A DNA stretch of 43,883 nt from Folioceros fuciformis. Its lineage: Eukaryota. The DNA lies in contig JBNGIO010006264.1 in the NCBI GenBank assembly GCA_049999805.1, positions 116,085 to 159,967 of the forward strand. Direction: 5' to 3'. Below the pieces are notes generated by a model. That model was not told the DNA's origin. It ran no database searches and saw only the letters and a list, made by a program, of their open reading frames with translations. Each line of letters opens with the position of its first letter. Positions within the stretch are counted from its first letter, which is position 1. Shown in pieces: positions 24,186 to 35,900 of this stretch. The position numbers and the translations under genes are program-made.

Positions 24186-24779
24186 AAAACCAAGGCCAAA
24201 ACCTCTCGTGCATACACGCAATCACACAGCTTGCGGGTCGCAGTAGAACCAAGGGTAAGAGGAAGAAAACTTTAGACAGTCGTTCTTGGTCCGCATGGTG
24301 CACCTAGACAGTCAAAGACGACAATTTTTTTGGTGATGACGAATGGCCTCCCGTCTGGGCACCCGACGCCCTTGCCGGCACCGATTCGAGCGTGAACAAA
24401 GAGGCAATCGTTACGTCCAAGCGTAAGGTTCATGCTGGAATCGAAGTGCTGTAATCCTCACGACTCCCTGCAAAAAAGCTCATGTTCTACAACAGCAGAG
24501 CATCAGGGCACTCCATATCTCAGCACATCCTCAAAAAAATCTGGCATGCAGCTCACATCGTCACGGAAAGGGAAAGGGCAGCTAGACAGGAGTCGGAATC
24601 GTTTCGGTGGATCTGAGTAGATGTGGGCCACAACAGGGTAGCTCTCAATCGTTTTTTTGGTATCCACATAGCTCAATGAATGCGGGGAGCGGAGCACTAG
24701 GTGAGATGAGGTGTACAAATTAGGAAGCTCTAGATCAGAGATGTTGGTCACCTACATGACTATGAGTCAATGAATATTT

Positions 24780-25841
24780 TCACGAGAGCTGCACGGCGGC
24801 GATCATAGGAATTTTCTCCTGAAGCTTCTGGATGACCGCCACACGCAACGTCGATACGCCAGCCGCAGGTCCGTTTATCTGTATTTTCACCACAGGACCG
24901 TCGATCTTCACCAGGCTTAGTGTGCCCCCACCAGTGCCAGACAAATAAGGTCTGATTTCCGAAAGAACCTTCAGCCGCAGGAAGATAGATCAGTAGCCCG
25001 AATTTTCAACCGTCGGCAGCAGCCGTGATGGTGAAGAATAGCATAATTTAACTTGAGCTGCCACCTGGTGCTCCACACCTAAGAGCAGAGCGGCCTACCT
25101 TCTCAACGTTCTCCTCGTTCAGAGCCAGCCCTGTCTCCTCATCCATCACCTGTTCCACACCTACAATTTTTGGAATCGCCTCTACAAGCCGCCTCTCAAT
25201 TCCCATCCTCATAGTCATGAGCGAGCTTGGACAGGACCCGCAAGCGCCCTCAAGCTTGAGCCTCACAACAAGGCCATCGATTTCGTGCAAGGCAACATTT
25301 CCTCCATCCGCCATAAGGTAAGGCCGTACTTCGTCCAGCACTCTCTCTACATTCTCCTCCGTGAGCTCTAACCCCATAACAGGGATCAGTGAAGTTGCCA
25401 CCGCCTGAACAACTGCACTCCATAACAGTCAGCCGTAAGTCAAAACACTTTCTCACGTTCCTTACAATCCTTCCTTCCCGCTCAAAACACGTCCTTGGTA
25501 CAATACAACCATCCAGCAAGCTGAAAAACATAAAGCAAGAGGCGACAAATTCCACGGTCCACAATTACGAACTCCACCTCCTGATCATACTGACCTAACT
25601 GTCTGCCTCTGGTTCCGGCCCCGGATCTCTGCCCCCATACCCGCACCGAGTTTCTCCTCCCCGTGGAAAAGGAAAGCTGCACCGCACTACCTGCACCGGC
25701 CGCACGGGAGGATCCGGAACATACAGTCGCAGAGTAAGACGAAGCAGATGTCGATTCCGATACAGCAGCGGAGGTCGAGACAGACGGCTTGGACGAAAGG
25801 CGATACGGGGAGGAAGAAATTCCGTGCATCATGGCCGCCAT
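24780..25841 (-). CDS. NFU2: Chloroplast NifU-like Fe-S carrier, NFU2/NFU3 type, 3 exons
   Basis: Exons 25841-25595, 25412-25099, 24968-24780. Ser-rich transit peptide; [24 protein letters not shown]...GACGSCPSS (CxxC); a second degenerate NifU domain lacking CxxC ([14 protein letters not shown]...AAVQLS). NFU2 versus NFU3 cannot be resolved by eye. Confidence 0.92.
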
Positions 25842-27414
25842 CGTTGGCAAGAATGCGCACCCGCACCTATGGTCCAAAACGCTTGCGTCTCCAAGCTTCA
25901 CGATCCGATCCAATCCACGACGTCAATTGCGCACAATCGCAAACCCTGGCCTCATGGCTCCTTCCCAAACACGAGACTGGACGCAGTCTCGCCTGCAGTT
26001 TTGTAGGGGAGACGAACAGCGTGCTGGAGGAATGCTCGCAGGAAGCACAGGCCGGAGGAGGCGAAGATTCGAGGGAAGAGGATGCCATTTCCAGCGACCG
26101 TGAACTGTCAAACAGAAGACGTTTTCCTCAAGACGAAATAGGTGAACCATCTCGTTTTCCTCCATCTGATCGTTTTTGTGCTAAGCGGGTCTGAGAAAAG
26201 GCCCATTCACACGTGTTTAGTTGTTATGCGTACGTGGTGTTGCTCGGGACTGCAACATGTCGTCCATATTTCATTGCCACGTGAGCCATCCCCATTGAAT
26301 CTCATAGTTCTACCTACCTTAGCCTTAACCTGGCCTATTACCCATACGTAGGGCAGGTATCCTTGATTAAGTTGACAATCTCACCCACGACCTGACGTCG
26401 CGCGCCCTCCACTCCCGTGTTAGCTATTGTGATACAACAGCTGCACATGAACATGATTCAGTCAGGCAAAGGGCTGCCTTACAACATCCATTCATCCATC
26501 CACCCGGGAATCTACCGCCCAAAAGCACCTGCAAGCCATGGAGTCGTGCAGGGTGACTTTCACAAGTTCGGATGCTTCAGCCTCCTTGTATTCCAGACGC
26601 CGGGGTGGCTATAGCGCATGCCCACTCTGCTCATCACCAAATCACAGGCACATCTTCCTCCAGTCACCACAATCCCGATGGCCATGAACCATAACCTTCA
26701 TGACGAAAGACTCACCAACCAATGTAAGGCGAAACAGAGTGTTACCGCCATGGGATTCTTGGTCCGGGAATTGAAAGACACTACGCATGCTTGCGACGAC
26801 GCGATGTAGTCGTTCAAGTCCCCTAGCTTCAACGCCGGAGACAACTTCCCACTACCCATGCCTACAGAGTCCAACACCTCCAGGACTTAGTCTGGCAACA
26901 AATCCATATCAACCAAGAATTCTTGCCAACAAAGTCCTTAGCACCTCAAAAATTCGGCAGTTTGGCACTTCATCCCGCAGGCACGAACAGGTTGGGAGCG
27001 ACGAAAGGGTGGATTAAGTAGATTTTGGGGGCTTCTTCACGAGGCTTGTGTTGTCACCAACAAACCTAGTACTAAAGGCTTTAAACACGTAAGGAGAAAC
27101 TTTACTAGTGACGCCAACAAATACATCCATATTTAGAGGGAAGGTTCTGGGGACATTGGTTCCCGGGTGGGAGACCTGGTGCATGTGTGGGACGGGAATG
27201 TGCAAAACCAGACTTAGTGGCAAAGGATGTCCATGGCATTCAATCTGGAAGGTTGATGAGCTGCTACTGGGGATCGACAGCATTTTTTGCTCGGTGGAGC
27301 TTGCTTCGGTAGTGCCGATCGAGTAAGTTGCTTCCGGCCCGTGATTTCCAGCCACCCCTAAGTTCAATGATCCTCATCATGTCATGATGCGCTTCAGCCC
27401 CTTGCATCTAAGTC

Positions 27415-29390
27415 ATGGTGGTGGTTCGTGACATAGCACGCGAAGTTGATGCCACCGTGGGAGAGGAGAGCAGCAAAGTGGACGTGGACAGTTCCGCTGT
27501 CGGCAATGAGTCAAAGTTGGCATGTGTTCCTTGCAGCAAAGCCGCTAGTTTGCAGTAAGTTTTGTGGATGATGCCGGTTGTGGGAATTATTCTAGTATCT
27601 GATCCACTCCTGCTAGGTGCAGGAATCCGTGTATTGCTTCATCAAGCATGAACGTTGCGTGAGAAGTGGTTCTGAAATTCGTTTCTCTGTTTTCAGATGC
27701 CCAAGGTGTGTGGAGCTGAAGTTGCCCCGAGTGAATGCTGCTTTCTGGTAATTGTAATTCTTGCATTTCTTCCGTGCTCGGGCCTCTTCTGGAAATGTTT
27801 TGGTGCCTGTTGTGCTCATGTGTATTGTCGTTCCTTTCACTCAGTGCTTGTGCTTCTGGGACTCAGTTAGCTCACGGGCCTGTTTCAAGGATGCATGGAG
27901 CTCACACAAAGCTGGTCATGCTGAGGCCAAGCAGCAGGCGCTACGAGCCTCAAGTCCCGAGGATCAGGTGACACAAGCCCTAGCAAGGGGTTGGATGTAT
28001 TGTATGCGCAAAGGCCAAAGGCCAAACTCGCACAGGGCAGTTACCTCTTTACGATTATACTGGGTGAGTGTTTAGAGCAGAATCCGGTTTGCCTTCAATT
28101 TTGATTTTGGTGGTGGTGAAGTGTTCACTGTCCTGGCCGTTTGATGACAGTGCTTTACGGCCGTACCCTATATCTCCTAGGCATATTGTACCAGAAAATA
28201 TTCTTCGCCCAACCTGGGCCTCCCCTGTGAGTTTTGTGTCACCACAAGCGATGGCATATTTTTTTCCTGAAGTGTTGATAGTGGGTTCCAAAATTTCAGA
28301 TGCTTTCGTCAGTTTTGCAGAAAGTACTTACCAGATTTTGTCCAAACTGCAGGGGAGGCCAAAGGCTGAGCTGGACAGTGAGTTGCAAAGCAGTGTGGAG
28401 GTATGTGGGATGCTTCCCCTTTCCGTCAATTAGTCACCACATGTTTGGTTGGGGTTTCACATTTTGCTCTTGTTCTTGTGTGAAGACTAAAACGCCTGAG
28501 CAGATTAAGAAGATGCAGAAAACTTCTTGGCTAGAGCGTCCCATCGTTGCACGTTTTGGGAGATGTTTACAAAACTGCAAGGCAACTTAGCCAATTCTTT
28601 CGCTTCACCAGGTTGCCCGTGAGGTATTGGATGCAGCTGCGAGGGCCATCAGGCCAAGGATTACGACGGATGAGATTGATGAGATTGTTCACGAGGCTAC
28701 TATTGCAGCAGGTAAAGTGGAGAGTGGAATCATGAGTATGAGGAGGTGATAAATTTTAAAGATAAAGTATGGTTGATGTGTGTTTGCGATGTCCAGGTGG
28801 ATACCCATCTCCTCTGAACTATCACTATCCCCTAAGTCACGTTGCACGTATGTATCCCTATCCTTACATTTCAGCGTCTGAGGTTTTGTGTGTTGTTAGT
28901 TCGGTGCTGCAGTTGGAAGTCCTTTGTTGGTGGTCGTCACCAATCTAGTTCCAATTCTTGCAATTGATAGCCCTTGTCCAAATCCTTTGTGCAGATCAGT
29001 GAATGAAGTGATCTGCCATGGCATCCCTGATGCAAGGTATGTATCTTGACAGCTTTTCTAGCTGAGACATGTATGTAAAGGTGTTTCCTTTGATTGTTTC
29101 CTAACCTTGTCCTTGTACCATCAGGCGACTGGAAGACGGTGATATCGTCAGTGGATGTTCCTGTATACATGAATGGCTATCATGGAGATACCCTAAATCT
29201 GTTTGTCCCTACAAGTCATTTGCTTTTAAGCCTTTCTCACGCTGTCTTGGTCTTCTAACTCCATGCTGCTCATCTCATGGCATTACTTTCTGTTTCTTGT
29301 CCGTTCATGATACCTCAATGAAACGTTCTTTGTCGGGAATGTTGATGAGGCATCAGGAACCTCGTGCCAAGCATGCACATGTAACGAACT
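27415..29390 (+). pseudogene. MAP1A: Methionine aminopeptidase 1A (cytosolic, Zn-finger type) pseudogene, 3'-truncated
   Basis: Exons give LACVPCSKAASLQ|CPRCVELKLP...FC|SRACFKDAWSSHK, LRPYPISP, KTPEQI, AREVLDAAA...TTDEID.IVHEA, GGYPSPLNY, SVNEVICHGIPD, LEDGDIV.VDV, LNETFFVGNVDEAS. Lesions: a 7-bp duplication frameshift (28011-28024) and a 1-nt deletion near 28830. No C-terminal half is visible after ~29390. Confidence 0.85.
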
Positions 29391-29624
29391 CCAAGTTGTA
29401 TTGTGGCATGGAAACTTCCACCGGAATATCGGTTTAGAATGTTGCTCAATATGTAAATCAAAGAAGTAAGCTCCAATCAATGAAAGTAAAAAAGAACAAT
29501 AAAATATTCATTATTATTCATCACACCATCGTCCCAGTAGGCGCATGCATTATAGATGAGAAAGCCAAACAACATGAGATCCAGCAAATGAAGACAAGAC
29601 ACAACAAGTAGACAAGACGCAACA

Positions 29625-29955
29625 AGTAGGGCTAGCGCTAGACAGACGGTCACATGGGCTAGCTAGACACACTGTCAGGGCTAGAGCTAGACACACGGTG
29701 ACAAGAGCGGACGTGAAGAGGCAGCCAGGCATACGAAGGCAAATGAAGAGACACGAAGAGACGAGTCTATGCATGGGCTAGCGCTAACACACGGTGACAA
29801 GAGCGGACGTGAAGACGCAGCAAGGCATACAAAGGGAAATGAAGAGGACGCGAGGAGACGAGTCTATGCATGGGCTAGCGCTAAGCACACCGTCACAAGA
29901 GCGGACGCGGATATGAAGCCGCAGTAAGGCAGGGCACGAGGAGACGTGTCTATGT
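29625..29955. repeat. Degenerate ~95-bp tandem repeat (~3 copies) preceded by shorter sub-repeats
   Basis: acacggtgacaagagcggacgtgaag...gagacgagtctatgcatgggctagcgcta recurs at ~29693, ~29788 and ~29886. Confidence 0.8.
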
Positions 29956-29994
29956 ATCATCGAGAAAACGAGGAGACATTATTTTTATGGTAGA

Positions 29995-30100
29995 TTATTA
30001 AGATCATAACATCGCGGGTCTTGGGACCACGGCTCGGCCACCACCCGGTTATTAAGATCATAACATCGCCGGTCATGGGACCACGGCTCAGCCCCCACCC
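29995..30100. repeat. 54-bp tandem duplication
   Basis: ttattaagatcataacatcgc.ggtc.tgggaccacggctc.gcc.ccaccc occurs twice. Confidence 0.85.
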
Positions 30101-30642
30101 AGCCCTGAGCCTTGCTGCGCAGTACTGCAACCAAAAAATACTGAAAAAGACGGAATGTGCCCGTTCTTTACGATGAGCCTACGCAGAATGCCGGGTTCCT
30201 ATGCGAACAGCCCTTCAGAATTCCGTCAGAATCCCAAAGCTCGGCTGCCCAAGTGGTAGAGAATATCACCCTAGTGGAGGAGACCTAAGAAGACATGGCT
30301 GCCGTCATCGCTGCTCAGTTACACTCGAGGGGAGCTTCATCCCTGCTCAATTACACTGAAGGGGAGCACAATCTCCATATTGAGACAACGTGACCCCCTG
30401 GAGTAAGATACAGATGAAACCTACTTTTCGTTACCGAAAAAGAACGCAGTCCGCTTGTTGGGTCAAGCTCTTCCCCGTTCCATGCTTGAGCGTCAACTCA
30501 ACGTAGAAGGAGTACGTTGAAACCCAACACAGATCAGAGAAAAACAATCGCCAGGAGTCCTGGCTTGTGCAAAATTTCGCTGCCAAATTGGCTTGAAACA
30601 ATAAAAAAACTCCGACATTGCCCTCGCACGTTCAGCAAACAT

Positions 30643-31683
30643 CTAGATACTCTTGTAACTAATTGGAGCGAGAACCTCCCGAACTTCCGCAAGTTGGTCC
30701 ACGGCCCGCGCCTCAGCCTTGAGACGAAGTTGGATAAGCTGCTTCTTCCTGAGATAAAAGGACTTCGACTTGACCTTCCTTTTCTCTTCCAACTCCTGAG
30801 TAGTTGTGGCACCCACGACGCAATCAGAACACGATGACTGCAAGCAAATCAACTCCTCCCTACATCCCTCCACAACTGCTGGATGTGGCGAGGGAACACG
30901 ATACAACTCCAGGGATGGACAACAAAAGGCAAACCTTGATAGTGTCGTAATGGTGCCAGCCAACCTCAGTAGACAAACGGCCCAGAAGGCAAAACTTGTG
31001 CCCTGGTTGCAACCTCAGAACCCTGCACAGCACCAAGCCAGCTGCAGTCAGGACAGACAATTTTCACGACGAGCGGGTGAACAGACCTTGCGTTTCAGCT
31101 TCATCTTACTTCAGGGCATCTGGAATGACCATCCTCTTCATCTTGTCGTACGGGGCCGGGACACCCTCAAAAGCCTTCAAACGCTCCAGGGCAGCAGCAC
31201 CACGCTTCGTCTTGTGGGGAATCATACTACACCCATAGCGTAAACATCAAAACACATCAGAAACAGTCCAGCGACAACAAAACCCGTCAACCCTACAGCA
31301 TCTCCCGCTACCAACGGTGACTAGTTACCCGCGAATAGTTCTCCACAGAATTCGAGAGGGTGCACGAAAGTGAATAGGGCCCTTGCTGGGCTTCGTGTTC
31401 ATGCGCTTCCTAAGAAACCGCAGGTACTTCATCTTCTGCCGCACCAGTCCCCCGGACAAGCAGATTTCTTCCGCGCGCACGACAACCTGCGACACAGAAA
31501 ACAACATCTCACCCCGCTGCACTCACACCACTATGCAGCAACCATCAGACAATCCGGCGCCGCGCTCACCACGTGCTGCCCGTTCAGCAGCTCTTTCGCC
31601 AGTATGGACGCCAGCCGCCCCAACATGTGATGGCGGGCGTCCACCACTACCACCTTCGCGCATAACCCCGATCCGGACACCAT
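30643..31683 (-). CDS. RPL13A: 60S ribosomal protein L13a (uL13), 5 exons, 209 aa
   Basis: Exons 31683-31570, 31486-31329, 31226-31110, 31022-30935, 30795-30643. [26 protein letters not shown]...[31 protein letters not shown]...EVGWHH. Confidence 0.97.
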
Positions 31684-31785
31684 CGCAGCTGCCGCCGGTA
31701 AGCACACGTTCACGACGACGCAGACCCTTCCAAGTCGAAGTGGGATAAAGGAGGGTTGCAAGCGAGGTGACACCCAATGTACTTC

Positions 31786-31846
31786 AGGCCCAAAACAGAA
31801 CCCTAACCCTAATTACCTGTTGGAGAGCCCTGAATGGGCTCTCCAA
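31786..31846. promoter_or_regulatory. Site II motifs plus telo-box-like repeats in the RPL13A / VHA-e divergent promoter
   Basis: GGCCCA (~31787), AACCCTAACCCTAA (31799-31812), and the inverted repeat TTGGAGAGCCC-TGAAT-GGGCTCTCCAA (31820-31846) containing TGGGCT. Confidence 0.65.
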
Positions 31847-32047
31847 AACTGTTCCTTGGTTATACTTACTTAATACTTGAATGAACCCTTGGTTACTAAA
31901 ATGAAAATGGTCTCAACTTCATGGCGCCCCTCTCTCTCCACACGCGCTCCCTCCCCATTCCGCGTCATCCGCGTTTGTCAGTTTCTTTTCTCGCCTTCAG
32001 CTGATTGTTGCTCCGATCAGTTCTGATCTGCGCCATCGCTGCCCGCC

Positions 32048-32510
32048 ATGACGTTCTTGGTCACGACGCTGTCGTTCGTGTTGGTCGGTTTGTTCGGCTG
32101 TCTCGGATCCCATGTCGTCGCCGGGAGCAAAAGCTCCACAGCCCTGTACACTTCTTCCTCAACCCTCGCCGTGGCTAACCTTTTCCTGTTTGAGGTTGAG
32201 GGACTGGGATGAAAGCAGGATCTGGGGAGGAACACTGATGTGTGGAAATCCTGTGACTTACAGATTCTACGTCACTCTGGTGCTGCTCACTGTGATTTCC
32301 TGCTGGATGCTGTAAGCTGGATTTCGAAACTCTTTTGCTGCATTCGAATTAGGATGCGCGGTCTCGTCTTCTCTGCCCTTGCTGTATTGCCGAAGCACTG
32401 AACTTGGTTTAGGCTGATCTTGCGGTTTGGCCTGGTGCAGTTGGGCTATCGTATACATCGCACAGATGCATCCCCTCATCACTCCTGTTCCGAAAGGGGA
32501 GGGTGAATAA
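32048..32510 (+). CDS. VHA-e: V-type proton ATPase subunit e, 3 exons, 71 aa
   Basis: Exons 32048-32145, 32264-32311, 32441-32510 splice to MTFLVTTLSFVLVGLFGCLGSHVVAGSKSSTALFYVTLVLLTVISCWMLWAIVYIAQMHPLITPVPKGEGE, with the family CW(M)xWAIxYxAQxxPL motif. Missed by the ORF track. Confidence 0.93.
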
Positions 32511-32995
32511 CTTTGGACAGACTTCCATTCATGATCGAGTATCTGGGATGTCGAAGTCCTGGGTAAGCCCTGTCAGATTCGCATTGCTCGTGAGACCTGA
32601 CTGCAGCAGATATATGCCAGCGTCCTCACAGGGCGAACGGCTCGGGCCGGTGCTGTTTGCATTTCAGCACTGTCTGGAGATTCAGGGTTTAGGTCGAATG
32701 GAGGTCCAAAGAGCTGAAATGTACTGTCAGGAATGCTGGAGCCTCTTGGAATTCTGGATTATACGTTAAGAATTCGTGCATTCGGCCCTCACGCATCGTG
32801 TTCTTTGGTCATGTATTCACTTCTGCAATATGATGATTGTCACGCCTGAATTAGCTAGCATTGGGTAAATATTACATAAACCCTGCCAGGAAGAATACAG
32901 ACAGTATCACTCCCGGCGGACACAGTTATTTAGGAACGAGCTCGTGTTTCACAGGCTACGTGTCAGAAGTTCATTACCACAACCTAATTTAAACA

Positions 32996-35900
32996 TCACC
33001 CCAGTCCAACGAAACCGAACAGGCCACCTCCACCGAGCTCCGCTTGCCGAAGTTCCCTTTTCCTCTGCTCCTCTAGCGGATCGGGGCTCCTCATCAGCCT
33101 CCGCACTCGTCTGTGGTCACCAAAAGCAAACCATGAGCACCAACGGGTGGTCCCAGGACATCAGTCAGTGCGCAAGAAAGTTCCGGCAACCCAGAAATAC
33201 CTATCATGCTCGCACAGAGCGGGAAACGTCGGCATGAATTCCTTAGCTTTGGGCATGGGGACCTGTTGGAACCAATCGTGCTTCAAAGCTTCCTCGGCTG
33301 TTATGCGCTGCACACATGGAAAGACCTGCTCAAATGCCTGCGGGCAGGGAACAGATCGCTGCCAGCAAGCACGGAACAGGAGGAAAGACCAACAACGGAG
33401 AATACGTGGTACCTTTTGAGGATCGTAAGTTAAAAGCTTGTTCAGGAGATCAAAGCCACTTTCGGACAATGCTGGTCTTCCAGCAAATGCCGTTGCAGGG
33501 AATTTTTCCCTCAACCTGTTGTACCTGGAGACAAATGACAGAAGGAGAGCACAAATTAAGTCGATTATCCCGCTACATCACAACCTAGCACTCTGATTGC
33601 TTCCCTTGATTACTTACGGTTGCTTAACAAAGTTGCATTTAATGCCTGGCAACTTTGGATAGTCTGGCCATATAGTTTCTGTTGGTGTGCCAAGGACTTT
33701 AAAAATCTGATGCAAGCAAATGACATAGGGAGTTAACAAGGCACTCAAGCCTACCCAACCTAAAACAATATAGTGGGCAAAACGACAATCAAACAAACAA
33801 AGCACACCACTTGTGGGCCTACCAATGATAATAAATACAGTAAATGGAAACTAGATCCTACATCCCACATCAGTAGAAAATCTCCATAAAACCTGGGTTC
33901 ATACATCGAGGTCACCACAAAAATCATCGGTCAAACATACCGTGCACGATCCACTCAGCACAGCATCCTGTATACTCAAGCACACAATGAAAATGCACAA
34001 AGCACAGACAAGGAAGCCACACCTTATCCAGTTGCTCTATCTCCGTAGTGCCGTTGAAAAGTGGTGCCTTCGCCAAAAACTCAGCCATGATGCATCCCAA
34101 CGACCACATGTCTATTGCCGTTGAGTACAGCTTAGTTCCCAGCAGCAACTCAGGCGCCCTGAAAATAAACACCAGACAAGACATGTGATAATCTGACACG
34201 GGCATCCCCGCTTTGGTGGATCACACTACATACAGACATAAAAACTACAAACAGAGATATACTAACACATATTGATCATCACCAGCCATAATCTGCCATA
34301 CCTGTACCAAAGCGTGACCACTTTGTGCGTATAGGCCTTCAAGGGGCTGCCATACTGCCGAGCCAAACCAAAATCACAGATTTTCAATTCACCCCGGTTG
34401 TTCAGAAGCAGGTTCGACGTTTTCAAATCCCTGACACAAAGACAAGCTCAAGATCAGTAAATGCAAGCATAGACACAAAACTCAAAGCAACACTTAGCAG
34501 AAAAGATGCACACCATGAGCTGCAACACCAACTGTACCTGTGGAGGACCCAATTGTCATGGAGGTACTTAACACCTTCAAACAGTTGAAGCATCAGGCAT
34601 TTGACTTCACTTTGACTAAAAGGCTGTTTCATACTTTCCATAAGACCCTTCAAATCATGTTCCATGTACTCCATGACCATGAAGATGGAATCTAGATTGC
34701 TCCCTACGACAACTTCTTTCACATCCACCACTGAGGGATGGTGGAAAGAAAGCAGCACATTGATCTCCCGGAGAGAAGTCATGGGAAAACCTTCTTGCTC
34801 CTGTTGCATCTTCACCTTCTTTAGAGCAACAATCTCACCAGTCCTCTTGTCCCTTGCACGATACACCACCCCGTAGGTACCTTCATCAATCCTGTTTAGT
34901 CTGGTCTCACAATCAAGCGGAAGTCACAAAGCATGCCAAATACAACATACACCGGCTGTCAAAGAAAACTGAAGATGAAGCTCATAACTTGTGTATTATC
35001 TTACCTTTCAAATTCATCCACACTGCGACAACCTTGCAACATATCAATGGTGCGTAGCATTGAGCCATTTACTGGCTGAGCAGGTTCATCCTCTGACTCT
35101 GATTCCAGTTCAGGCCGTTGCTCTTCCACATCTTCTGTGTCCCCTTCTTCATCAAGCTCCATAAGCTCTCGCTTATTTAGCTCTCGTTCATCCTCTTCCT
35201 CACGTTCTCCTCCACCCCCGCTGCCGAGGACCTCACTGCCATCACTTTCACTTCCTTTCACCTTCACTCCACGAGCATCATCACCCTTATCTCTAATATA
35301 CTCACCTGGCTCAGGGGATGCACTCAGACCATGATTTGCCTGACGCCTTTCCGGAGACGGGAGCTCATCATCACTGTTATCGGACAGAAGTCGACCCGAC
35401 ACGTTTTGCCCACGGTTTTGCGTCATCCTTGACTTCGATCCCAGGAGTGGCGACTTCAAATGCTCAGGACTATGAGTTTCCTCTGCCCATCTCGAGGCTG
35501 CTATTGTGACGGGAGGTGCAACCTCATCGTCCTCCACTTGCGAGTGGAGCAGCTGGCCAGGCTCAGGCTCATCATCCGACAACATTGGAGACTCAGCCAC
35601 ATTCTCACGGTCAGCCATCACAGTATCTCCAACTTCCTGCTCGTCATTACTGGTTGATACCTCAGGCCCACTCCGCTGCTGAGCTGGTGGTGACACTGGT
35701 GACACAGATCTTTCCCTATCCCTCCCTGACGACAATGGCTTTGAGACAGGGGTTGATGAAGACACCAGAGATGGTGTCTTGCGGCCCACACTTGTAGAGA
35801 CAGGAGACCTACGCTGTGCAGACGACGAAGGGGTAGGTCGCTTTGACAGGGAAGGAGAACGTCGCTTAGATAAAGGGGGAGTAGACCTGCCAGACGAGGG

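Noticed and set aside
71..25841. Possible functional cluster of nitrogen / Fe-S / Moco genes (GS1, aconitase, CNX7, NFU)
   Set aside because: Different compartments and pathways, interspersed with unrelated genes; chance neighbourhood in a gene-dense genome is sufficient.
26340..27400. Possible LINE remnant or small genes between NFU and the MAP1A pseudogene
   Set aside because: Only a weak ETTSH-like motif; no coherent domain could be read in any frame.
29625..30100. CRISPR-like appearance of the repeats
   Set aside because: Eukaryotic context, contiguous degenerate tandem units without unique spacers, and no cas genes.
30796..31569. Intronic snoRNAs in RPL13A (a host gene in vertebrates)
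   Set aside because: The introns are short (~80-140 nt), and I found no paired C box (RUGAUGA) and D box with a terminal stem.
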